A stretch of 64,000 bases of DNA from Octopus vulgaris. Its lineage: Eukaryota. The first letter of the stretch is position 1. Each line of letters starts with the position of its first letter. The notes below the pieces were generated by a model. That model was not told the origin of the DNA. It did no database searches and worked only from the letters and a program-made list of their open reading frames with translations. The translations under genes were made by a program, and so were the position numbers. The stretch covers positions 38,316,001 to 38,380,000 of the forward strand of contig OX597821.1 of the NCBI GenBank assembly GCA_951406725.2, read 5' to 3'. Shown here in pieces: positions 13,258 to 24,350 of the stretch.

Positions 13258-13470
13258 AAGGCAGAGAGCTAGCAAAATCGTTAGTACGCCGGGCGAAGTG
13301 CTTAGCAGTATTTCGCCCGTCGCTACGTTATGAGTTCAAATTCCGCCGAGGTCGACTTTACCTTTCATCCTTTCGAGGTCGATAAAATAAGTACCAGTTG
13401 AACACTGGGGTGGATGAAATCGACTCATCCTCTATTTAAAAAATCAGGCCTTGTGCCTATATTAGAACGA
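13258..13470 (+). mobile_element. SINE family B (CTTGTGCC tail variant)
   Basis: Head AAGGC..GAGCTAGCAAAATCGTTAG, B box GAGTTCAAATTCC, conserved body. Confidence 0.88.
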
Positions 13471-13602
13471 ATTAGAAATGAATTGTGACGCGTTTCACCG
13501 CTTTAACAATTTCTCCAAGCAAAAAATTATCGAATCTAATTAATAGAAAAATATATTTAAGACATACTAAAGTGAAAAATATCAATCTTTCAAACTTTAG
13601 CA

Positions 13603-13782
13603 CAAGTGCCACAATTTCAGGGAACGAAGAGGTCGATTACGTCGACGCCAGTGATCGATTCGTAGTTATTTTATTGACCAAGAAAGAATGAAACGCAACG
13701 TCGACCTCGGCAAAATTTGAACTTAGAAGGTGAAGACGGTCTAAATGCCACCAACCATTTTGCCTGGCGCGCTAACGATTCT
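13603..13782 (-). mobile_element. SINE family B body, split by insertion (head remainder at 15416-15440)
   Basis: Minus strand reads AGAATCGTTagcgcgccaggcaaaatg..GTTCAAATTTTGCCGAGGTCGAC and joins seamlessly to aaggcggcgagcagac at 15440-15425. Confidence 0.85.
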
Positions 13783-15415
13783 TATTTCTTTATTTCCCAT
13801 AAAGGGTATACACAGATATTAGTACAACACATGTGAGGACTTACAAAAATAACACAATTAAATAAATATAAAAATTAAAATTAAAAACGCATGATGTACA
13901 TGCATGATAACAATGAAATGAATATGAAAATGGACTACTTGCCCCACCAAACAGCCTCATTTCTTCCTTTTACCATTTATAAGGTGTTTCCCTTAATATA
14001 TCCACCCCATGTTCCTTTATTAAGTCTTTGTACTTCGAACTGTCCGGTAACTTTTTTTAAGTCCCCGTACAGCCTCCAATATTTAACTCCCTTTTTATAT
14101 TTGGATATCACATCCTTTTGGCTTCACCGGAACACAGTTGCAGGCCTATAATGTTCATGAATCTCTCCATGGTCATGAATTGGGGCACCTTCCACCTCAT
14201 AACCTCACAAATCAAATCCTCTTCTGCCAACAAACATAATAATTCTCACGGGGAGGGGGGGGGGCTTTTGTAAATTCTGTGACATCTGTTTGCTTTCTTT
14301 TCTCTTTTTGACTTGTAAAGGAGGGGAATGGGTGGGTTTGGTGTCTGCGAGTAGAGGGTGGAACTGAGCGGGTGTGCGTGGGGTGGGAGTGGTTTGGGGT
14401 TCCATCTCGTTCTGTCCTTTCTTTCTCTTTTTCCCAGCTACTGTCCATACTTCCCCCTTTCCCTGCGCTTCCTCCAATATCTCCTTCTCTATTTTTCTGG
14501 CTTCTTTTCCTCTTTTTCTGTGTGGTACAGTGTGCCCTAATGTAGCCCTTCTGGCCACATTTAAGACAACGAAAGACACTTCCCTCCACCCACACTCTTA
14601 GAATCGTCTCTCCGTTCCTACAAGTCCTTCCAGCGTTTACACTTCCGCTTGAGCTATTAAGTCTAGCGTCTTGCCTTTCCATGTTGTTCCTTCTATTTCT
14701 GGATGACGGCCACCTCATCCCTTTTTCCCAGGAGGACCGGTGCTGCAACCCAAGCCACATCTATATCTAGCGGGATTCCTTTTCTCCTAATCTTGGAAGT
14801 CTTTCTTCCAAGATAAGTGGGTAGAAGAAGCACTTTATCTGTTCTCGCCGTAGTCACTGCCTGTTGCCTTGAAACTCCTTCTGTCTTAAAATGGACAACA
14901 ATAGTCCCGTATGAATTTCCTCTTCCTAAATATTTATCTCTCTCATTACCGAACATAAAGCCTTTTCAATTTCCTCCTCCTTCTCAAGTTCCAATCTTCT
15001 ATCTTTTATCGAGTATACCTTATACACCAAGATCTTTTTTTACCATCTCCTCCAAAATCTTCTGGGCTGGTGACAACTTAAAGTCACCCCCACTCTCTGT
15101 GCGCCATTTTACCGTCTTTGTCAATATTTGATAAGTCCACTTCTTTTCTTTATTCTATTGTCACTTCTTCTTTTTACCTAATTCTTTTTTTACCGCCAAT
15201 ATCAGTTCTTCCTCTGAAGAAGACAACTCAGTACCAATAAGGTCCAAGTAAAGCAATTTACTTTTTGCCATTATCTTAGCTAACTCATCTTAAAGTGGAG
15301 AGAAAGTACCACGAGCAAAACCGCTGCAAAGCAGCGCAAAAACAATTTACGAAGTGTTAAAAAGCACTGACACCAAATTACAACTGTAAAAATAACTTAC
15401 ACTCAACGGCGTGGC
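13783..15415 (-). mobile_element. ORF1-only (HAL1/Tx1-like) non-LTR retroelement with gag-like zinc knuckle, decayed
   Basis: 9-bp TSD AACGATTCT (13774 and 15416); KYLGRG..LLLPTYLGRK and CLKCGQKGYIRAHC knuckle (H>Y); no RT motifs seen; 3' end ..ATGGGAAATAAAGAAATAAG. Confidence 0.8.
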
Positions 15416-15440
15416 AACGATTCTGTCTGCTCGCCGCCTT
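15416..15440 (-). mobile_element. SINE family B 5' end, separated from its body
   Basis: Minus strand AAGGCGGCGAGCAGACAGAATCGTT matches the family 5' end. Confidence 0.85.
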
Positions 15441-15740
15441 AAGTTTTAGAATAATATTTTGATAAATGATGGCATGGATGCACTTCAGTTCAATTCCTCA
15501 TCAAAATCGTTTCAAACAATTAATAGTATGTCATTTGTTACACACAGAAACATCGTTTCATTCCTCACTGGAGATAAATAAGATATTTTGATGGTGGGTA
15601 CCACTGTGTGGCTTCAACACGCTGGTGATAACTAGTGAAAGATTAATCTACTTGAAAAGACTTTAAAAGATACAGCTATCTGTATAAAGTGCCGGACAAA
15701 ACGAATTGCTAAATTGCCACTAAATTCACACATGTATATA

Positions 15741-15926
15741 GTTGGAATTTATATAAAAACAAAAAGACGAAGACATGTGTATGAACAAGCAAGTGTTTTA
15801 GTTTGACGCTCGGGAAAATAAAAAAAAGTATTTTACGTTTCGAGCCTACGCTCTTCAACAGAAAGGAATGAGAGAAAATAAACAGAGAGAATGAAAAACA
15901 CTTGTAGATTTCAGCGGTCCAGCATG

Positions 15927-15930
<4 letters not shown>
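15741..15930 (-). mobile_element. Short hammerhead-containing repeat (Penelope pLTR-like), family 1
   Basis: Homologous to 43828-44013; adjoins (TA)n. Confidence 0.7.
15831..15865 (-). ncRNA. Minimal hammerhead ribozyme-like motif, variant core
   Basis: ttt-CTGTTGA-A-GAGC-gtag-GCTC-GAAA-CG-TA-aaa: stem I, stem II, 2-nt palindromic stem III, GUA site; A6 replaced by U. Confidence 0.6.
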
Positions 15931-15989
<59 letters not shown>

Positions 15990-16049
15990 ACAGAATGAGA
16001 TAACAATGCCAAGGCTGTGAGGAGTTTTCAGGACATTTATAATGAAATA

Positions 16050-16097
16050 GTCTTACAGCTGTTCCTGGGATATTATGGATATCCCTTCATCAGAGAC
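16050..16097 (-). ncRNA. Type I hammerhead ribozyme motif, core mutated (GAAA>GGAA)
   Basis: GTCT-CTGATGA-a-GGGATAT-ccata-ATATCCC-a-GGAA-CAGCTG-TA-AGAC. Confidence 0.65.
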
Positions 16098-16492
16098 GGT
16101 GTGAAAAATATTTGAGTTCGAATAATTATGGAAAAGGAGGAGACAGGGAATATAGAGGGAAATAAGAGAATGAAAGTAGAAATAAGATATAGAAATATAT
16201 TGTAGTTGCAGTTCCATTATTCGAGGAAATTGGTGTATAGAAGTGATAAAGCAGTTTCCTGTACATGGTAAGTTCCAATAGCAGTTCATGTTTAGTCATT
16301 TCAGAGTATGGAGCCGTGGAATCGGTGTTGCTCGTTCGAAAGGGTTTCTATAAAGCAATTTCCTCGAATAATGGAACTGCAACTACAATATCTGTATATA
16401 TCTTATTTCTGCTTTCATTCTCTTCTTTCCCCTCTATATTCCCTATCTCTTCCTTCTCCACAATAATTCGAACTCAAATATTTTCTCACACC

Positions 16493-16540
16493 GTCTCTGA
16501 TGAAAGGATATACATAATATCCCAGAAACAGCTGTAAGAC
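16493..16540 (+). ncRNA. Type I hammerhead ribozyme motif with palindromic stem III
   Basis: GTCT-CTGATGA-aa-GGATAT-acata-ATATCC-ca-GAAA-CAGCTG-TA-AGAC; intact CUGAUGA, GAAA and GUA. Confidence 0.78.
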
Positions 16541-16611
16541 TATTTCATCATAAATGTCCTGGCTTTGTTATCTCATTCTGTCTAATATATATATATATAT
16601 ATATATACATG

Positions 16612-16672
<61 letters not shown>

Positions 16673-17394
16673 GCATGCATGCTAATACAAGACCCACATT
16701 AGACTCCTCACTCGTATCATTATGGAACCAAGAGTTTAACTGCGGTCTGTCCCTAGCACTTACATAGCGTTACCTGATTGAGTCTTCTAGATACCAATAC
16801 CTCTCGTATACATACATACATACATACATACACTCACACACACATACACACACACACACATATATATATATACTGGATTATTTAATAAGAGTTTGACTCA
16901 GCTGCATACAATTAAAAGCTTCGTTCACTGTTCGAACGAACCAACTCCTCAGGCATCCAGAAAGTTACAGGGTATAAGACAAATTCAAGATTACTTCAAC
17001 ACTAGGCCTTTTATTGGTTACCTCAGGTCACGCGGTATTATTGATCTGAAAGTGATATCAATTATTTTCTTTGTTCTTAGACCCACTTGGTCGGAGAGGA
17101 TATTGGTAGAGTGCAGCCGCCGGTATGTCTGGAAGCTGCTTCCAGTATCTCTCTCATATCCTTATATTCTCTAAATGCCTCGTTCTACAAGCCTACGAAA
17201 CTGTAAGTTGAATGGGGCTGAATCAAACTGTTATTAAAAACATATGTAACTCCTATCAAATTGTAAGTGCGTAGCGTGCCACTTCCCTTCGTTTGTCAAC
17301 GTATCCGTATATATGTGTGTGGGAGCGCTAATAGGTAAGAAAAAAACCAAGTTGCACCCTTCTAAGTTTATACTCACAATATTGCTCAGAGTTT

Positions 17395-17610
17395 AAGGTG
17401 TCGAGCGGATAGAATGGTTAACACGCCGAGAAAAACGCTCAACAGCATTTCGTCTGTCCTTACGTTCTGAGTTCAAATTCCACCGAGGTCGACTTTGCCT
17501 TTCATCCTTTCGGTGTCGATTATATAACTACAAGTTGAACATTAGGGAAGATGTAATCGACCTACGCCTTCCTCCTAATTGCTGGCCGGTACCAAACTTT
17601 GAAACCAATA
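17395..17610 (+). mobile_element. SINE family B, diverged
   Basis: GTTCTGAGTTCAAATTCCACCGAGGTCGACTTTGCCTTTCATCC body. Confidence 0.85.
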
Positions 17611-19608
17611 TTGTTTAGTGCAAGGCCGGAACTGCTGTGTAACAATATTATTTATGTACGATGAGTTACTCTATATCCTTAAATACAAAGGACTTCGCTA
17701 ATTCACTTTCCAGAGAAATTGGTACAATATCCAACAGAAATGAGCCATAAAGTACCTAGAATCATAAACAAAATTAGCTCACTCATTCCTTCCCTATATG
17801 GGTTTGCTGTATGCCTCCAAAACCACCGTTTACACAGCCAATATACCAAACGGTTTGAAATCACTACATAATATTTGAGAGACCATTCGCTGATTTTCAT
17901 TTCTTTAATATTCGTTTGGAATGTGAACGTTACGATTTAAAATCTTACCCCAATTGCACACTACATCACTTTCTCTTCAGTTTGTAATCATGTATCGACT
18001 GTTCATCTGAATATATATTTAATGGTAATACGTATGAATTAACATTTATCTAAATATCATTTTAAGAATAAAAGAACGTGTGCATTGTGTTAATATAAGC
18101 GTGTTTATGTATGTATATATATATATATTCATTCATTTGTATATGCGTGCACACAAATACGTTAGCATTCAAATCATACACACACACACACATACACACG
18201 CACATATACACACGCACATATACACACATATAAACATACTGTACAAGCAATTTTAATCGCCTCTATGCAATAAAAGTAGAGACACGGTTAACATTAACAT
18301 ACAGGATATAAATCTCTGCCCTGAATTATAGTGTAGGTTTACGATATCTTTATTAGATGCTTGATGACCTTTAATAGGATTTAAATCAGTATATAACCAA
18401 TACAAGAAAACGAAGTGGTGGGAGTAAAAGCATGTATTTGGAGAACAACAATCTTCTGAATCGTTTCCCTGCGAAACGGAATTGACCGATTAGAGAATAT
18501 TTCTGACTGGTTTCAGTATCCAGATATCTCAACATTTACCGTTGTATTCGTGCATAAATCTGTACTCATACATTACGGATTTTATCGACACGTTACTCAC
18601 ATCTAACATCACTGCCTTCGGTCCTTAAGACGATTACTTATCTCGATCAAATAAATAGCTTCCTTTGTCTTCTTTCCAATAATTGTAGGCCAATGACCAG
18701 TTTCCTATGATTAAAGGCAGCAGCTATTTGGAATATGTCTTTTAAAAAACCCCTTGATATATACATGCGACATAATAAAGAGGTTAAAGATGTTGGAATT
18801 TTACTCAGTTTTCATGCAAGTTTAAGTTGGAACAATAATTCCATTTCAAGTGTATTTTGTTTTTAAATCTGTCTTGTGTATTTGGTATGCATGAGGTGAG
18901 ATGCAGTGTTAATAGTTGCTATGATCTTTGTTTAAATGCCACAGATATTGTCCAATAACAACGTCCAGAATCTCCGGTGTTAACCACTTTGCCAAACGAG
19001 ATATCATTTTATACAAGTCAAGCGAGACCCCGTAAATCGTTCTACAAGCTATGCTCTTCTCACGTTTATATTTTACCAAAGTTCACAACCAAATATGTTG
19101 AACTCTTATAACTGGCGTCTTTCGCTCCAGAAGCAGCTGCGCTGCTATTATAGACGCAAAGCACAGAATCTTAAACAACTGATATCTTTCGGCTGGGAAT
19201 TCTTTCACTAAGTAAGAAACATCTGCCCACTGCGTCCAACAATACCATCGCGAACGCTAAATATGTCTTCACTTTCTTCGCTTCTCAAATCATATTTGCT
19301 TTGTTCGTTGAAAAATTTTGTTTATTCCAAAGCGAAAGAATCCTCCTCATTGTCACTCCTCAATAAGTGATATTTTAGGTAGAGTTCTTACACTTAAAGC
19401 TAAAATACTGCTGGCTTAGTTCGACAGGAATACCCGCTCCACACGTACTGAAACAAACACACACACACACATAATAATATTGGTTTCAAATTTTGGCACA
19501 CATATAAACAGTTGCCACATGCACAAGCTCGTTCATTGCTACAACCAAATAAGGCAGTCGACCATGATATATATTTTCTTTCGTTAGTTATAAATAGTTG
19601 TTGTATTT

Positions 19609-21335
19609 CAGGAGTCGGTAACGTCTTTGCCTCCACGGACTGTATCGAGTATTAAATGACGGATAGCGGACCGCACAGAGGCATAAAAGAATCATTGTGG
19701 AAAATTACACAAGCTAAAATTTAATCGCGACTGTTGACTATACTGAAAAATAATTTGTATTAACCACAGATGAATGTATTAATGGAAAAATATCATTTAT
19801 TGAATTTAAGACATCTTTGGAATCATTTTTTAAAAATGTCTTTAAAATACATAGAAGCCAAAACATTAATGGGGAACTTGATGTTTTTTGTTCTTTGAAA
19901 GCTCCTCAAGGCTTCAAACTTGTTGATACTAAGGGTAAGATATTATCAAGGTTATTATCAGCTAATCTTGTTCTCCAGGTGTTCTTAGTTTGTTTCAGTT
20001 TGGAAAATAATTGCTCACACTGATAAGTGCTTCCAAACAAAGATGCTATCTTTTTTGCATTATTCACTAAGTTGGTATACTTCCAACTTGGAAGAATATG
20101 TTTTGCATAGAAGTCAATCAATGAAATAAATTTAGAATGAAATTTAGATCTCAACAAAGTCGTCACACTGTATATCAAATCAATTCCATTTGAAAACATT
20201 CTGATAATGTCTCCACCTCCACATCAAATGATATAACAAACGATTTAAACTGATTTGCATGCAGACAAAAGTCAGCAAAACGTGATGCAAATTCATTTCT
20301 CAAATCCTGGATTATATTCACAAATACTTCTGAATCCTGTCGTTTCATTCCTTGAAATAATGGAAAATGCGTATAATTTATATTTCGAAGTTGATGTTTC
20401 CACAACTGTAGCTTTTTTCAAGGGCAACAATATGGTTATACATTTCATTTACGAGCTGACTTTTACCTTGAAGTTGTAAATTTAAGTTACCTAAATGAGT
20501 AACAATATCCACAATAAATGCCAAAGTTGCAAGCCAATCAGGATGTCTAAAATGTGAACTATCCACGTGCTTGCTTTCGAGAAATATCGTCACCTCTTTG
20601 CATTGATCCTTAGCGAAGCCAGTGTACATCGCAAAAATAAGCAAGGTCACCACATTCTGCCTCAGCCTCTAGCAAAAACTGTTTAAATTGACGATGTTTT
20701 AATCCACGAGATAGGATCAGATTCATGGCCTTTACGACAATATTCATAACATTCTTAAATTTCAAAGACTTGGCACACAATGTCTCTTGGATAATGTAAA
20801 GAATTTTAACATGTTTATGTGTGATTCCAAGGTTTTCTATATGTTCTTGCAGAAGAGTAACAAAGCCTTTTAGTTTGTCCTACCATTACTAGAGTACCAT
20901 TAGATGTGATGCCAATTAGTTTCGAAGAAGCAAACTTCACTTCTGATATCATTTTCAACAAAGCTTCAAAGATGTCTGCTTCGGTTACGGTTTCCTTCAT
21001 AGAAATCAACTGAATAAATTCTTCAAAGATCTGAAAAATTGGAGTCACTCTTCGCACAAAGACAGCAAGTTGTGCAGTGTCACTTAAGTCTGTACTCTCA
21101 TCGACTGCAATTGAAAAATATTGTAATTCACAGTAGGCGTTGATTAATTCATTTAACATCCGCTGACATTTCTTCGACCCACTGTGTGACCGTCGTCGGG
21201 TACAGGCTGACAGTTTCAAATAAAAACTATTTTCGGGACAAACAATATCCAACACTACCTTTAAAAGAATCACCATCTGTAAAAGGTTTCATCTTTTCAG
21301 TGATGCGTTTTGAGACTTCATAACTGGCAATGTAA
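19609..21335 (-). mobile_element. hAT (Buster/SPIN, GTF2IRD2-like) transposase remnant, 5' truncated
   Basis: FSIAVDESTDLSDTAQLAVFVR, WLATLAFIVDIVTHLGNLNLQLQGK, FQMELI, SLFGSTYQCEQLFSKL; TIR-like CAGGAGTCGGTAAC at 19609. Confidence 0.9.
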
Positions 21336-21384
<49 letters not shown>

Positions 21385-21704
21385 AGAGAGAGAAAGAGAG
21401 AAAGAGAGAAATAGTGAGGGTCTGTGTGAGTGAGTGTGTATGACTGAGTGCGTGTATGTGTGTGTGCACTCATACGACAGCGCACTCAGTTCAACAAACA
21501 TTTAAATCTGTGCTTATCTGGTTGCAATCATACCGTTTCAGAAGTTTATGACATTTTACTCGCTGACAAAAAAAAAATTATATTGTCATATCGCTCATCA
21601 GAATATTTTAAATTCGTCATTGCTTCACATTACTTAGCGAGAGAATAACAAACAGGTCTTATTGAAACTCTTACCTGTGATAAACTTGCGGTTTATCCCC
21701 GGAA
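21336..21704 (-). repeat. Left arm of inverted duplication (partner 24029-24350)
   Basis: Near-identical reverse complement including TTCCGGGGATAAACCGCAAGTTTATCACAGGTAAGAG. Confidence 0.92.
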
Positions 21705-24028
21705 GAGTTTTTCTACTCGCATCCATATTTACCATATTTTCGCATTTTCTGTTTTAAAAAAATCACGTTTGTTTTCCAAAACTAGACTTAAACCGTTCAT
21801 CTTCAACTTTCCTTGCTTGTCCTGTAAATGTCCTAAAATTTTCCCAATGCTGCGTCTGTAAAAATGAAATGGTCTTGATAATGAGGCCATCAACATTTTC
21901 GTATCTTCACATTAATTCTTAACTAAATTATTTGTCTCCGCCTTCTGTCCACAGATCTCAGGCCATTTCATATCATGTTCCCTCGTCAGCTCCCATGGCT
22001 ACCTCAGTATATAGCAATGTCATATACATACGAAACACCAGTTCTCCTCCTCAACCCTTATAAATTGCTTACTCTCTATAAATGTCTTCCAGAACATGCA
22101 TGAAAGTTTTAAAAACCGATTGTTGACTGTCTAAAAAAAGACTTCCATGCAAGAAAGCTTATCTGCTCATCGTTTTAATAACTGCAATTTACTGAAATTC
22201 ACGACTCCCAAACAATCTCCCTATACATCAGTCTTCCATGGTATCATAGATAATTTAATGCTACATTTCAACTAAATATCTCCAGGTAGCCTTAAATGGC
22301 ATATAAACGTAATGCGTGCAAACCTCTTTTGTATAAATAACTAAAAAAAGTGCATAAAACTGAGAGTCACATCGTTCCTAAAGGATCTCGTCTGTCGACG
22401 TCACGTGTTATTGTTTACGCTACAAAGGAGATAATAGCTGAAAGTTGTCATCCGCTGCATGAAAACATCTCGATAGCGGAAAAAGGACAGCAAACCCTCT
22501 GACTTCCAAAATAAAATTCAGTGTAGGAGGCTCTTATAATAAACACAAACTTATGACGGAAAGCATCGTTAAAATTAGAACTTAATTCAAAACAGAGACA
22601 CCATTCAATGTTTTGTCTGAGAATATTGCGATAAAACTTTTTATTTATTACAGTTTTGAAAATGTTTACGCTTAAAATAACTCTCCGGTACAACATTTAT
22701 TGTTTTGCCATATTGTGTTGCGTTTCTGCCATATTCTGTTACTCTGTTACGTGTGTATTTGCATCAAATACATATTCCTCTGCGCGTACATATATATTTG
22801 TGTATGTGTGTATGCGTGCGTTTTTGTATTAATACATGTGAGCAGACAGACAGACAGACATGCACACACACACACGTATATCTATTTGTGTGCGCATGAA
22901 TGCATGTGTATCCTGGAAGCAGTTATCACAATTATCGTTTGGCGGATTTCTCTAAATAATATCTGAATATATATTATTCACTCATGATACATCTTCGGAA
23001 TATTTCTTTATTCGAATCATGTTCCTAACTTCTCCAGGGAAAAATCTGAATGCAAGTGTTCATTGTTCCTCCTCTCCACGTATTTTAAAATGGTTAGCGT
23101 TTGAATAATAACTTAATACTGTAAATGTAATGTTGTAATAAATGTAATATTGTAATATTCAACTTTGAAGTTCTTAACTTGCTAAGTGAACTCATTCTTA
23201 ACTTACACTTGGTCAAACTGTTATTATGCTTACATGTTTCCTTTTAATACTAACAGTCGCTAATTCCTGTCTTTGATGTCTTTTGTGTTTCATTGTAAAG
23301 AATATTTTATTTGCTATTTTAAGCGATTCTAAAATTACATAGAATGTAACACAAACCACAATAGTCTTAATGTATTAGGTTAGCAAACAAAATAAAATAA
23401 TTTATTACAGCCAAACGCAGACTTTATATTCGTCAACGGTATAATAGCATTCGATGCCTACTCGAAAATCCCTAATTAGCTGCCCAGACTATAGCAATTC
23501 ATTCCTAAGTATATCGATGGAAACCATAATACCAGTAAAATAATTTAGCTCTGTTTACAATTTATGCATATTATCATGCATATTGCTTTCGATAGTTTAT
23601 CCATGAATTGAGACAGGAAGTTAGTTTGATTTTACGATTATTGAACACGCGATGGATCTGAATGTTCCAGAGGAGTATAGTTCATTAAGCAAGAATAAGA
23701 GGAAATTAATTAAATCGAGTTCGTTTCATGCATCAATCACTTCGTTTGTAATCCACCGAGTTCTTACTGATACAGATATTGATTAAGAATTTCGACAACA
23801 TGTGTGTGTTAGCTTATGAAAGGAAATTAACACTTTCTTGGCCACTAAACATTGCAGATGAGCTTCTGATTACAACGCGTATATATTCGTTTCAACACGA
23901 TGCAATCATTGCCCTCAGAACATTAAAAACACAAAAGATAAAATGGCAGTTGAACGACGATATTTCTTTCAAGGTCTTTTAAGCGACGGTGCATAATTCC
24001 GGCGAGCGGATGAGAGTCGAAAAAAACA

Positions 24029-24350
24029 TTTCCGGGGATAAACCGCAAGTTTATCACAGGTAAGAGTTTCAATAAGACCTGTTTGTTATTCTCTCGCTAA
24101 GTAATGTGAAGTAATGACGAATTTAAAATATTCTGATAGGCGATATTACAATATAACTTTTTTTGTCAGCGAGTAAAATGTCATAAACTTCTGACACGGT
24201 ATGATTGCAACCAGATAAGCACAGATATAAATGTTTGTTGAACTGAGTGCGCTGTCGCATGAGTGCACACACACATACATGCACTCAGTCATACACACTC
24301 ACTAACACAGACCCTCACTATCTCTCTCTTTCTCTCTCTCTCACACACGC
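24029..24350 (+). repeat. Right arm of inverted duplication; contains splice-donor-like CAG|GTAAGA at 24059/24060
   Basis: Sequence identity to 21336-21704 (ORFs 24263+ and 21469- begin with the same residues). Confidence 0.92.

Larger units (their letters stand above)
15988..16583. mobile_element. Fold-back element (about 240-bp inverted arms, 120-bp spacer) in (TA)n, hammerhead family 2
   Basis: 15988-16231 is the reverse complement of about 16355-16583; each arm has a hammerhead motif. Confidence 0.88.

Noticed and set aside
18400-19380. Possible piggyBac-like remnant on the minus strand (SDNEEDS, VRDG)
   Set aside because: Too decayed; no catalytic motifs, TIR or TTAA boundary identified
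21920-22420. Acceptor-like TCTGTCCACAG and overlapping CRE/E-box GACGTCACGTG as host gene signals
   Set aside because: Isolated short motifs with no supported exon or ORF
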